In this document: positions 13,871-26,504 of the stretch, one piece after another
Layout of the letters: every line of letters begins with the position of its first letter
Numbering within the stretch: the stretch's first letter is position 1
From: Octopus sinensis
Taxonomy: Eukaryota
Assembly: GCF_006345805.1 (NCBI RefSeq)
Contig: NW_021835261.1
Span: forward strand, 1 to 42,794
Reading direction: 5' to 3'
Length of the DNA: 42,794 nt
The notes under the pieces: model-generated
Databases searched by the model: none
What the model saw: the letters and a program-made list of their open reading frames with translations, nothing else
What the model was told of the DNA's origin: nothing
Program-made: the position numbers and the translations under genes

Positions 13871-14094
13871 AATCATCATTATCATCATCATCATCATCAT
13901 CATCGTCGTCGTCATCATCATCATCATCATAATCATCATAATCATCATCATCATCATCTACAACTTCATCACCACCACCACATCCACCATCATCACCAGC
14001 AGCAGCAGTACCATCACCACCACCATCATGCTATCATGATCATCATCATGATCATCATCATCACCACCACCACCACCACCATCATAATCATTAT

Positions 14095-14680
14095 TTGTAT
14101 GAATCTTCCAATTTTTTGTCCATTTTTTCCTAGTGTCTTCCCGACACCTAGGAAGCTAAAGAAACTTACTGTATACATTATTTGACCCTTTCACTATTAC
14201 TGAGCGTTCATTTTCAAAATCAAATGAAGTTATGTGAAGAAGGAAAAGAAAAGAAAAGAAAAAAACTTTTACATGAATAGTAATCGTTCTCATTATGAGA
14301 ACGATTACCATGTAAAGGTTTCGTGTGATATAGCAGGTAAAACGATCATCAGCTCTTCTTGAAAATATGGTAATCTAAGGATCATTCTCAAATAATTTTC
14401 ACTTCCTGTTTTGATCATTCCAAGCGCTCTTACAATCACTGGTATTGCAACCGCCTTGGGATGTCCTATTGTTTTCGATTTCAAAGAACAAATCTTTATA
14501 TTTTATGAGCTTGTCAAAGTCTTTTGCTGAAGTATTATGATCACAAGGAATGCTCATGTCGATCAATAAGCAGACTTTATTGTTTTGGTGTTTTACAGCA
14601 ATATCCGGTTTATTAGCTTTGATGGTTCTGTCTGTATGTACTGGAGAGTCACAAAGAATCGTTACATTTTCTTCGTCAGG
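14095..14680 (-). mobile_element. 5'-truncated R4/Dong-like LINE (REL endonuclease region plus 3' UTR)
   Basis: Minus frame VTILCDSPVHTDRTIKANKPDIAVK...CLLIDMSIPCDHN...KYKDL, then GMIKTGSENYLRMI. The 3' end abuts the (ATC)n field. Confidence 0.85.
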
Positions 14681-14733
14681 CTGAAAATGTAACGATGATG
14701 ATATTGTTTGAAGCTAGTATTCCTTTAGTGATA

Positions 14734-15095
14734 TATGTGGTCTTGTCAATAAGTGTCTGGACGGTTGCCGTAGTAACGAAACTAAAGCATGCAGAGTAGA
14801 GCTGCTAAGCACAGATTGACCTTGGGCTCCGTTGTGCACGAGCACAAAGTTTTAACGTTCTAGCTCACTTACACTGTTTACAGCAGTGCTTGGAAGGAAG
14901 GTGTGTAGCGAGTGATCGTCGCATTGATCATGACAGAGAAAGTAGAGCAGAGAATCTGCAGCAAATTTTGCCAAAAGCTTGATGATACCTGCTCAGGGGC
15001 CTACGCAAAATTTTCAAACAGTTTTCATCGTCCTCGGCACAATCAAGGAGAGCTTGTGCAACTGAAACCCGAGTGTCTTTTTGGTCAACTGAAAG
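14734..15095 (+). mobile_element. mariner 5' fragment
   Basis: MTEKVEQRICSKFCQKL matches the mariner N-terminal EQR..IKFC.KL motif. It is preceded by a 5' UTR starting after a TA. Confidence 0.65.
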
Positions 15096-15322
15096 CAGTT
15101 TTCTTATTTCTTTATTGCCTACAAGGGGCTAAACACAGAGGGGACAAACAAGGACAGACAAACGGATTAAGTCGATTAGATGGACCCCAGTGCGTAACTG
15201 GTACTTATTTAATCGACCTCGAAAGGACGAAAGGCAAAGTCGACCTCGGCGGAATTTGAACACAGACCGTAGCGGCAGACGAAATACCTATTTCTTTACT
15301 ACCCACAAGGGGCTAAACACAA
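15095..15322 (-). mobile_element. SINE-B unit plus part of a second unit
   Basis: Concatemer junction GAAATACCT|ATTTC at 15281-15294. Confidence 0.85.
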
Positions 15323-15334
15323 GATATCGATAGA

Positions 15335-15632
15335 TTTCCGCGCTTAAAGCCTCGAAAGCTCCGCGAGGGTCTGGCAGAGGGTGGTGGCGAACCCTGCTGT
15401 ACTCTTTCACTACAATTTTTTTCTCAGTGTTTTTTTTTTCTGTTTCTGTTGTACCTGTATTTCAAAGGGCCAGCCTTGTCGCATTCTGAGTCACGCTGAA
15501 TCTCCCTGAGGACTGCATTAAGGGTACACGTGTCTGTGGAGTGCTCAGCCACTTGCATGTTAATTTCCCGAGCATGCTCTTCCGTTGAACGGATCAAGTG
15601 GAACCCTCGTCGTCGTAACCGACGGAGTGCCA
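15335..15632 (+). mobile_element. SINE-C-like repeat; its 3' end is duplicated at 15841-15917
   Basis: GTTAATTTC(C/A)CGAGCA...TCGTCGTCGTAA(C/T)CGACGGAGTGCCA occurs twice. Confidence 0.6.
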
Positions 15633-15917
15633 ATCAATCAAATGACGTACGGACCAGGATGCCGAAGAGGCTATGTAAGAACTCAAAGCTGCATAAAACA
15701 TCCCCACAAACATCAAAAACAAGATGAAGATGGCTGTGACTTCTCTGACGTATATATTCTCAAGACGCGAAAGGCTGAAACTGAACGAAAATCATGTGAA
15801 ACGAAAACTCATGAGAAAACATTATGAATATTATTAATTCCACGTTAATTTCACGAGCAGGCTGTTCCGTTGATCGGATCAACTGGAACCATCGTCGTCG
15901 TAATCGACGGAGTGCCA

Positions 15918-16698
15918 CGATCCACTGGGCTCCCTCTGGTCAGACGGTGAACAAAGTGTAGATTTGTGGAGGTTTTGAGGTAGCTTAAGATAAGGTTTCG
16001 TAGTAAAAGTGCTAGAGAACCTGCACCAGGACAGTACTCCAGTTAACAATTCCATCCTGGTAAGCAGCTACTTGAACGAGTTTGGTATAAAAACTGTCCT
16101 TCATCCTCCCTGCAGTCCAGATTTTGCACCCGGTGACTTGTCGTTTACTTCCCAAGCAGAACGAAAAGATTAAGGAGCTTGTGATTATAATTTTGGGCAT
16201 TTTCACTTTGGAGAGACTTCCAATAGTTGTTTTTTGTTGTTTGTTGTTTGTTCCTTCACGAACCATGCCTGGCTCATTGGGGCCGGTTTCCCGGTTTCCT
16301 TGGCGTATAGGTTCTCCACCTGGACGGGACGCCGCACCGTCGCAGGTGAGCTGCAAGATGCAGGAGGTAAGAGTGAGAGAAAGTTGTGGCGAAAGAGTCA
16401 GCAGAAGTTCGCCCTTACCTTCTGCCGGAGATGCGTGGAGCTTAGGGGTTTCGCTCATAAACACACACGTCGCCCGGTCTGAGATTCGAACCCGCGATCC
16501 CTCGACCGCGAGTCCGCTGCTCTAGCCACTAGGCCATGTGCCTCCACTTCCAGTAGGGCCTCCACGAAGTGGCTGGAGTGCTTCAGCAAGTGCATAGAAG
16601 CATAGAGATTAGAGTTTTGCAGGAGATTAGAGATTTGTAGTTCTTTGAAATTAATAAATGTCTCTCCTGAAAAACTTCTGGAATGTTCCTTCTGTGCG
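15918..16698 (+). mobile_element. mariner 3' half, split by SINE-D
   Basis: IHWAPSGQTVNK...LHQDSTPVNNSILV...KTVLHPPCSPDFAPGD, and after the SINE TKWLECFSKCIEA. Confidence 0.75.
16227..16545 (-). mobile_element. SINE-D (tRNA head), full length with TSD
   Basis: A box TGGCCTAGTGG, B box GGTTCGAATC, (CAAA/CAA)n tail. TSD ACTTCCAATAG (16216-26) / ACTTCCAGTAG (16546-56). Confidence 0.9.
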
Positions 16699-17318
16699 TA
16701 CATATATGTAATATGTAATAGACGTATGAATGAATGTATGTGTGTGTGATAATTCACAGGATCAGATATACACACACATACATACACATATATACATACA
16801 TACATACATACATACACACACATGCACGCACACACTTAAATATATTTATATACATACAGACGTGTGAATGTATACATACATAGATACATACATACATATA
16901 CATGCATATACATACATACATACATACATATATACATACATACATACATATATGTATATATATCTATATATATATATATATATATATATGTATAATAAAT
17001 AAATAAATATATATATATACGTATGAACGTATGTATGTACACATTCACACACACACACACACACACATATATACATACATCTGTACAGACATATATACAT
17101 GCATGCATGCATACATACATGCATACTCCGCGTATATATTGCTCTGTATATTTGCATAATAGTTAGAGGTTAATATCATAAATAAATATTTAGACACCTA
17201 TAAACCTTAGCAAAATATGCTTCCTGTCGCTCAAAATTAATCTTCCAAGTGTAAAGTGTATGACGCACATACGCACAACAATATATGTACGTATATACGC
17301 GTATATATATTCATACGC

Positions 17319-17356
<38 letters not shown>

Positions 17357-17533
17357 TGCGGTGTACATTTGTATGATATTTAGAGGTTAATAATGTAAAT
17401 AGACGATTATTGGTCTATAAACATAAGCGCATAACGAGGATGTAAAAACAGTTGACTCTCTCTTTCTCTCTTTCTCTCACTCACTCTCTCTCTCTCTCTC
17501 TCTCGTCTCTCTCTGTCTCTCTCTCTCTCTCAC

Positions 17534-17585
<52 letters not shown>

Positions 17586-17904
17586 CCTCTCTGAAAATTA
17601 ATCCAGTTAAATCACATCTGGTTTATGTATTGATTATTCTAAAATGTTTGCTCTTCCGCCTCTGATTCCGCCCACACCCCACTGTCTTTCACATTTACAT
17701 CCCCCGCAACTCCCCCCTCTCACATTTTCTCTTTCTCTTTCTTTCTTTTTCTTTCTTTCTTTCTTTCTTTCTACTTCTCTGCCTATCTGTCTGTCTGTCT
17801 ACCTCTCTCTCCCACTCTACACCTTCCTTTCTCTTTATATCTCTCTTTCTCTATATTCATTGCGTATATTTCTTCGTTTCACATAAGCATGCTTTTATTC
17901 ATAA

Positions 17905-17911
17905 TCTATCC

Positions 17912-17981
<70 letters not shown>

Positions 17982-17999
17982 TTATCTATCTATCTATCA

Positions 18000-18044
<45 letters not shown>

Positions 18045-18059
18045 GAGATAGATGGGTAA

Positions 18060-18133
<74 letters not shown>
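17905..18133. repeat. inverted (TCTA)n-(TAGA)n microsatellite
   Basis: Polarity switches at TCTAGA, 18041-46. Confidence 0.95.
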
Positions 18134-18136
<3 letters not shown>

Positions 18137-18235
18137 TCTTCATCATTTATCAACTGAAATACTAATACACAGTTTCATGCCTTTAATATATATATGTATA
18201 TATATGCACACACACTCACACACGCATACATTATC

Positions 18236-18625
18236 TACTCTAGGCACAACTTCCGAAATTTTTGGGGAGGGGCCCAGTCGATTAGATCGACCCCAGTACG
18301 CAACTAGTACTTAATTTATAGACCCCGAAAGGATGAAAGGCAAAGTCGATCTCGGCGGAATTTAAACTCGGAACGTAAACACAGACGTAATACCTATTTC
18401 TTTATTACCCACAAGGGGTCAAACACAGAGGGGACAAACAAGGACAGACAAACGGATTAAGTCGATTATATCGACCCCAGTGCGTAACTGGTACTTAATT
18501 TATCGACCCCGAAAGGATGAAAGGCAAAGTCGACCTCGGCGGAATTTGAACTCAGAACGTAAAGACAGACGTAATACCGCTAAGCTTTTAACCCAGTGTG
18601 CTAACGTTTCTGCCAGGTCGCCGCA
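18236..18625 (-). mobile_element. SINE-B dimer
   Basis: Head at ~18625, junction TACCT|ATTTC at 18391-18400, and a final unit with the GGCC..CAAAATTTC tail. Confidence 0.85.
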
Positions 18626-18699
18626 TATAAAACCATTATATAATATATGTGTTCGGATTTCAGTAATCCAACCTTCCGTTGAAACGCAGATTCGTCTGT

Positions 18700-18950
18700 A
18701 ACTTTCAAATCCTACTCTTTGAGTGATAATCCGCTCTGATATCTGCTGCATCATTTCTTCTCACATTTCAAGAAACCTGAGTTTCTCTACAACCTCTTAT
18801 AAGCTCCTTGACCAGCCGCAAACAACCAGGCACTTTTAAATACACTCGCTGTACATGCAATGCTTGGCCTTACATTATTAACATCACAACCTACACCGCC
18901 GCTAAGCCTCAGTACAACATCACGAACAAAACTTTTGTTGAACTTTTACC
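18700..18950 (+). mobile_element. Penelope-like element ORF relic (RT-to-GIY-YIG linker)
   Basis: Frameshifted LSDNP..FKKPEFLYNLL..QPGTFKYTRCTCNAWPYI.NITTYT resembles the PGTFPC.R.RC.TC.YI linker of Neptune-type PLEs (from memory). Confidence 0.5.
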
Positions 18951-18964
18951 AACACCGTTTTTTG

Positions 18965-19666
18965 CAGTGGTTCTCAACCGGATTCCATATGACCCCTGAG
19001 GGCTCATGCATGAATTTTGGGAGTCCACATAACAAAATAGTTTATTGAGGATCCACAATTGTATTTTAAGGCCCCCCTCAAAAAATTTTGCTTTAGACGT
19101 ATATACTCTTACTCTTTACTCTTACTTGTTTCAGTCATTTGACTGCGGCCATGCTGGAGCACCGCCTTTAGTCGGGCAAATCGACCCCGGGACTTATTCT
19201 TTGTAAGCCCAGTACTTTTTCTATCGGTCTCTTTTGCCGAACCGCTAAGTGACGGGGACGTAAACACACCAGCATCGGTTGTCAAGCAATGCTAGGGGGA
19301 CAAACACAGACACACAAACACACACACATATATATACATATATATGACAGGCTTCTTTCAGTTTCCGTCTACCAAATCCACTCACAAGGCATTGGTCGGC
19401 CCGGGGCTATAGCAGAAGACACTTGCCCAAGGTGCCACGAAGTGGGATATTAGTATTTATTACAAGAAACAGTGAGCTTTCTTTCTCTGACATTTTACAC
19501 AGTTCAACCGACACAAGTTAACGTGTGAAAAAACAAAATAAGAATTTCGAAAGAAGTTTCTTTAGACTTGTTTTTAGATATCAAATGGCCATGGGGATCC
19601 ACCAGAATAAAATGGTAATTAAAGGGGTCCATAGGTAAAAAAAAAAAAAGTGGTTGAGAACCTTTA
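18965..19666. mobile_element. hAT/Charlie-type MITE
   Basis: TIRs CAGTGGTTCTCAACC / GGTTGAGAACCTTTA. 8-bp TSD GTTTTTTG (18957-64) / GTTTATTG (19667-74). Confidence 0.8.
19103..19447 (-). mobile_element. SINE-A (5'-truncated) nested in the hAT MITE
   Basis: Close match to the 421-836 and 27204-27686 copies. Confidence 0.9.
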
Positions 19667-21040
19667 GTTTATTGCCTGTAAACTTACCGATGTTTTTTTA
19701 CGTTAGTGAAATAAACCATCGCCTCGCTAATCACTTTCGCAAACACTCGCGAAGTGTTCTACTTTGTTTGCAAGGAGAACCGTTGATTAGCTCCAAGAAG
19801 CTATCGCCTCTAGTTAGCTATGTGACACAGGCTGTAGGGTTGTTAACCAGTTGGAGAAGATGTCCTGAGGAATAAAAAAAATTGTAGTAACGTACTTCCG
19901 TCGTACAGAACTGCCATGTTGGAGTGGCCACAAGCATTACTTGTCATCAACTTTAATACGACAGGGGTCTCTATTAACTACAGCGTCCGCAATCTTTGCA
20001 GTCCATACCTTAACCGAGACATTGGTTTCGATGAGTTTTGGGTTTAGGTGATTGCGTAAACGTTTTTGAATCTATACCTGGGAACCTGGGGTTTGCAAAG
20101 GTAGTACTTGTATGTATGTAAGGAGAGTCATTACGCCGATATTATTAACACACGCACTGGTCCAATTCCGCTCCTTTATTATTAGTCACTTGGTTAAATA
20201 TCTGGCTAACTAACCGATTGTTTATTTAATTTGGTTAAACAGTAAGTTGTTTATTTTAGTTTTCTTTGTTATTTCGTTTTGTCAAAGCTCTTTCGATACC
20301 TATTAATAGTTATCGCCGAGCTAACACGGCAGTCCAGAAAAATAGAACGAATGCTGCCGTTGATTAGCTCCAAGAGGCCATCGCCTCTAGTTAGCTATGT
20401 GACACACAAACCTGTGTCTGTTATAACCTTCGAACAGGGGAGGTCAGCAGCTTCCCCTTACTGGTCTGGCATCCACAGACTAGCTTCGAAGTGGTTGCCT
20501 CGTATCAGGGTGGAGTAGCTGAATCCAGCAGGCGTCTCTACTGACCGACAGTTCGAAAGATTATTTACCTAAATTCAGTGGAATACATCCATTGGTTTTC
20601 AAAAATAGAAATATCTTTATTTCTAATTCTCTCTAAATGAGACTACGGCAGCGGTACTGGATATTAATAGTTATCGCCAAGCTAACATAGCAGTCCAGAA
20701 AAGTAGTCTCCTTTAGAGAGAATTAGAAATAATGATATTTCTATCTTTCGCTACCATTTGCAACCTTTATGTGAGTTTGGGGGTTAAAACAACAAAATTT
20801 GCTTCAACACATGAATTCGCATAAAGAATCTTGCAAACCAAAAGTAAACCAGAAGTAAATAAAACATAGCTTGATGGTAAAGTTCGATCCCCTACTCACA
20901 GTAAATCAAACACAGGCTGTGTGGTTAACCAGTTGGAGAAGTTGTCCCCCTGAGGTATAAAAAATTGTAGTAACGTACTTCCGTACAGAACTGTCATGCT
21001 GGAGTGGCAACAAGCATTACTTGTCAGTATTGTTATTACT

Positions 21041-22317
21041 TACGAGGGGTGTATGAAAAGTCTTGAACCTTAAAAAAACAAAACAGTCCCCAGTCCCCCT
21101 CCCCCGATAGCTGATCACTTTCTCCAGCGGTGCTGAAGCGCCATTATTCCGGCGTGGAGGAACTCTTTTGTTTGAGATTCCAAGAAACTTCCTACAGCGT
21201 CTATGACGTCATTGTCACTGGTAAAATAGCGAGCAACCAGGGCTCTTTTCATTTTTGGGATTAGATAAAAGTCAGAGGGGGCTAAGTCTGGCGAATAAGG
21301 CAGACGGGGAACAAGTTCGTATCCACAATCACGAATTGTTGCCATGGCAACCACTGAGGTATGGGCTGGAGTATTGTCGTGATGAAAAAGGACTCTTCTG
21401 GTGAGCATTCCCGGCCTTTTTTCTTTGATTGCTTCTCGGAGGCGTTTCAGTAGCTTAGGATAATACAGCCCTGTCACTATATGGCCTTTTTCAAGGTAAT
21501 CGATCAGTAAGACACCTTGAGAATCCCCCAAAACTGACCTTGCCAGCTGAAGGAATGACCCTGGCCTTCTTTGGGGGCAGGAGAAAATGTGTGCTTCCAC
21601 TGCTTTGATTGTTCTTTGGCTTCAGGTTGGCAGTGATGAACCTAACTTTCGTCCATAGTGATGAAACAAGCAAGAAAATTCTCTTCATCGGCTTCAAACA
21701 GTTCCAGAGTTCTCGTGGACAAAGTGCACCTGGTACGTTTCTGTTCAGGAGTCAAAGGGCGAGGAACCCACATTGCTGAAACCTTTGAGAACCCAAGTTC
21801 TTTTTCCACAATGTTGTCTGCTCTTTCATTTGAGACGCCCAGTCTCTCAGCTATCTGGCGACATGATATTCGATGATCTTGTAATATCATACCAAGAGCA
21901 AGGTCAATGTTGTCCTCGGTGGTTGCAGTTGGAGGTCTCCCTGGTCTGGGATCATCTTCCACACTCTCCCTGCTACGATGGTATTCATTTACCCAGCGTT
22001 TGACTGTTGCATATGAAGGGGCATTGCCTGTTAAGGTCCTCACCATATCTTCATGGATTTCTGATGGAATCAAGCCTTTCAAATGAAGGTACTTTATGAC
22101 AGCACGACACTCAGTTTTCTCCATTTTCCTTGTGACCTCGACACATGTTTATCCAAAAATCTACAAAAAAAAACTAAATAAAAAAAATGAAAATATCAGA
22201 ATCATGAAAATGAGCAAGAATACTCCGAAAAGACTGTACTTACCAGAAAATATTGTTTCAGCTACCTAGCAGCCCTGTTTCTAGGTTATGCTCAAAACCT
22301 TTCATACACCACTCGTA
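21041..22317 (-). mobile_element. near full-length mariner (DD34D, irritans/Hsmar2-like TIR), transposase pseudogene
   Basis: TIRs TACGAGGGGTGTATGAAAAGTCTTGAAC / reverse complement TACGAGTGGTGTATGAAAGGTTTTGAGC with TA TSD. ATG at 22124. WVPRPL, ITMDES, HHDNTP and YSPDLAPSDF motifs. Stop at 21642-44 plus at least two frameshifts. Confidence 0.95.
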
Positions 22318-22369
22318 CATCTCTTATGGAGACTTCAGTGCTAGCTACTTTGCTTGTTAAAAAAAAAAT

Positions 22370-22543
22370 AGGAGTAGCTGTGTGGTAAGTAGCTTGCTTA
22401 CCAACCACATGATTCGGGGTTCAGTCCCACTGCGTGGCACCTTGGGCAGGTGTCTTCTACTGTAGCCTTGGGTCGACCAAAGCCTTGTGAGTGGATTTGG
22501 TAGACGTAAACTGACAGAAGCACGTCGTATATATATGTGTATG

Positions 22544-22576
<33 letters not shown>

Positions 22577-22623
22577 TATATATATAATATATATATATTA
22601 TATATATATATATTAATTATATA

Positions 22624-22682
<59 letters not shown>

Positions 22683-22721
22683 ATATAATTATATATATAT
22701 ATATATAATATTATATATATA

Positions 22722-22767
<46 letters not shown>

Positions 22768-22778
22768 AAATGCATATG

Positions 22779-22829
<51 letters not shown>

Positions 22830-23072
22830 ACATGTATGTAGTGTGTTTGTGTACATAACTTTCTGTGTCTGTGTTTGTCCCCCAAACATCGCTTGACAAC
22901 CGATGCTGGTGTGTTTACGTCCACGTTACTTAGCGGTTCAACAAAAGAGAACCGATAGCATATGTACTAGGCATACAAAAAATAAGTCCTGGGGTCGATT
23001 TGCTCGACTAAAGGCGGTGCTGCAGCATGGCCGCAGTCAAATGACTGAAACAAGTAAAAGAGTAAAAGAGTA
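22370..23072 (+). mobile_element. SINE-A with ~330-bp internal (AT)n
   Basis: Head, right module and tail are all present. Confidence 0.9.
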
Positions 23073-23576
23073 TAACTTACAGAAAATCAGATAAGAGAAC
23101 GTTTGCATGCTTTATGTATAAAAGTGCTGCGTGCGCTCACTCGCCTACATACGTAAGCACGTGCACAGACACACACACACACAGACACACACACAGACAC
23201 ACACGCACACACACCACACACACAACACACACACATACACATCGGCTCAGTGCTTAAATTTATCCCTTAACTTACGTATTCAATTTTTTAAAAAAATATT
23301 CATCAGTCAAGGGACGCAACTGTATTTAAGAAATTTTATAGTTATGTCCCTTGCATTCCAATGCTGGTCAATTTTTTTCCATTGTGACGTTATAAACATG
23401 TTGCTAGGTTACCAGATTATACCGGAAGGCCATAACTTCTCCGTAAAAGTATTATTTTAAGCTATACTACGGCTATTACTGATTCGCTTTATGTTTGTAA
23501 ACGTCGAGATATCCCGGAGAACCGTCATTCGAATTCACTCACAGATGTGTACGGCTGTTTAGTGTTCTGTTACCAG

Positions 23577-23635
23577 ACGAGATTTTTATATTTGTGACGA
23601 TCGTAATGTAATCAAACGAAGGAAAGATATGGATG
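23577..23635 (+). other. candidate exon (unassigned)
   Basis: TTCTGTTACCAG|A CGA GAT...ATG GAT G|GTAAGT. Consensus donor and one open frame, RDFYICDDRNVIKRRKDMD. Confidence 0.3.
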
Positions 23636-23752
23636 GTAAGTTTTGTTGACAAATATTATTTAAACGTGGAATTGTTTTCGTTTGTCTATGTACCGCCACT
23701 TCACCGACTAGAAGAGACACGTTCATCTCAGAAGTGATACGTTGACGATAAC

Positions 23753-23860
<108 letters not shown>

Positions 23861-24083
23861 GGTGGTGGTGGTGGCGGTGGTGGTGGTGATCGCGGTAATA
23901 AATTGATCAGAATCATGTTGATAATATACATGTGCATGCCTGTGAGTGCGTGTCTGACTGTGTGCGTGAGTGTATGTCTGTGTGTGTGTGTGTGTGTGTT
24001 GTGGTGTGTGGTGTGTGTGTGTTGTGTGTGCGTGTGTGTTGTGTGTATGTATAATGTGAGTGATGTATGTGTGCTAGTGTGTG

Positions 24084-24910
<827 letters not shown>

Positions 24911-25018
24911 TACAGACACACAGACACATATATACACATATAAATACATGTATGCATATATACATATATACCATACATACATGCATGCATACATACATAC
25001 ATACATACATACATACAT

Positions 25019-25053
<35 letters not shown>

Positions 25054-25059
25054 TATATA

Positions 25060-25640
25060 ATGTCAGTTCAGGGCTATCATCACAGGCTGTTGAGACCTGG
25101 CACTGGGGCGATGTAAACGAGTTGTACCCAAACTCGGTCGAGTGGTCAGTGATTAAACCTGCTCACCTACGTGAGTAGCTTGCTACTCTAGTGCGTAAGG
25201 TGTCCGGACACCCTGTAAGATTAGAAACAGGAGTCGTCGAAGAATGGATGACCCCATCGTGAGCCAACGGCCATCAAATTGGAGAAGGCAATGGAAATGT
25301 GCCCCAATCTCTCTGTTAGGAAAACACTACTAGAAAGTCAGAACGAAGTAAAGCTATGCCTTCATCCAATGTGAGAACCCGCGCTTAAGCAAGGAAAATG
25401 TTTGTAGTGCCCGCAACGCGTTGCAAAAGCGCGTGCAACATGACTACGCCTTTCCAAACGCTGCTTATGCCAACCATCCAAACTCCCACGGAACATCAAC
25501 TGTACGTGCCGTTCTTCCTCTTAGACCGGGTGCTTCGACGTACTTACTGTGTGAAAGGTTTTGCAAATGCATTCCATGTCTGCAGAGAAATATGGCGGGA
25601 CGCAAGAGTCCGCAAAAAAATAAATAAATAAATAAAAAAT
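25060..25640 (+). mobile_element. retroposon-like segment with an RTE 5'-UTR-like motif and (TAAA)n tail
   Basis: GGAGAAGGCAATGGAAA resembles the Bov-B/RTE 5' UTR motif (from memory). A-rich tail at 25614-38. Confidence 0.4.
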
Positions 25641-25805
25641 CAAACATACACACTTTAAGAAAGGAAGAACCTGTATGGATATTTCTATTCAGTGTTATTG
25701 GAATTTATTCAGTGTAATCGCAGTTTCATAACATATCGAAAGAGGTATCCATAGAGGTACTTATACATCTATAGAGGTACTTATACAAGATAAATATTTA
25801 TACAA

Positions 25806-26011
25806 GCGCAGACGTGGGTGTGTGGTAAGGAGCTTGTTTACCATCCACACGGTTCCGTATTCAGTCCCGCTGTGTGGCACCTTGGGCAAGAGTGTTCTGC
25901 TATAGCCTCAGGCCGACCTAAGCCTCGTGAATGGATTTGGTAGGCGGAAACTGAAAGAAACCTGTCGTATATATATATAATATAATATATTATATATATA
26001 CATATATATAT

Positions 26012-26043
<32 letters not shown>

Positions 26044-26093
26044 GTAGGTAGGTAGGTAGGTAGGTAGGTAGGTAGGTAGGAGGTAGGTAGTAG

Positions 26094-26139
<46 letters not shown>

Positions 26140-26500
26140 TAGATAGATAGATAGATAGAGGGTAGGTAGGTAGGTAGGTAGGTAGGTAGATAGATAGATA
26201 GATAGATAGATATATACATTTGCGTATATATATATATTTGTATAGATAGATAGATAGATAGATAGATATATACATTTACATATATGTATATATATATATA
26301 TATATTTGTATGACTATGTTTGACAACCGATGTTGATGTGTTTACGTCCCCGTACACGTTGCGGCTCGACCAAAGAACCGATAGAATAAATCCTAGGCGT
26401 ACATAGAGTAAGTCCTGGGAGACGATTTGTTCGACTAAAGGTGGTGCTCCAGTATGGCCGCAATCAAATGACTGAAACAATTAAAAGAATAAAAGAATAA
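25806..26500 (+). mobile_element. SINE-A with internal (TAGA)n(TAGG)n expansion
   Basis: Head, right module and tail are present. Confidence 0.85.
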
Positions 26501-26504
26501 GTAC

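Noticed and set aside
14306-14352. Minus-strand CTGATGA...CGAAAC hammerhead-like spacing
   Set aside because: It lies in the LINE reading frame, has only a 2-bp stem II after two extra nucleotides, and no stem I.
15640-15835. Decayed-protein-like frame DQDAEEAM*ELKAA*NIPT...
   Set aside because: Two stops and no recognisable family. Left unassigned.
16440-16545. tRNA gene
   Set aside because: The tRNA-like head runs into a SINE body, tail and TSD, with no complete cloverleaf plus terminator.
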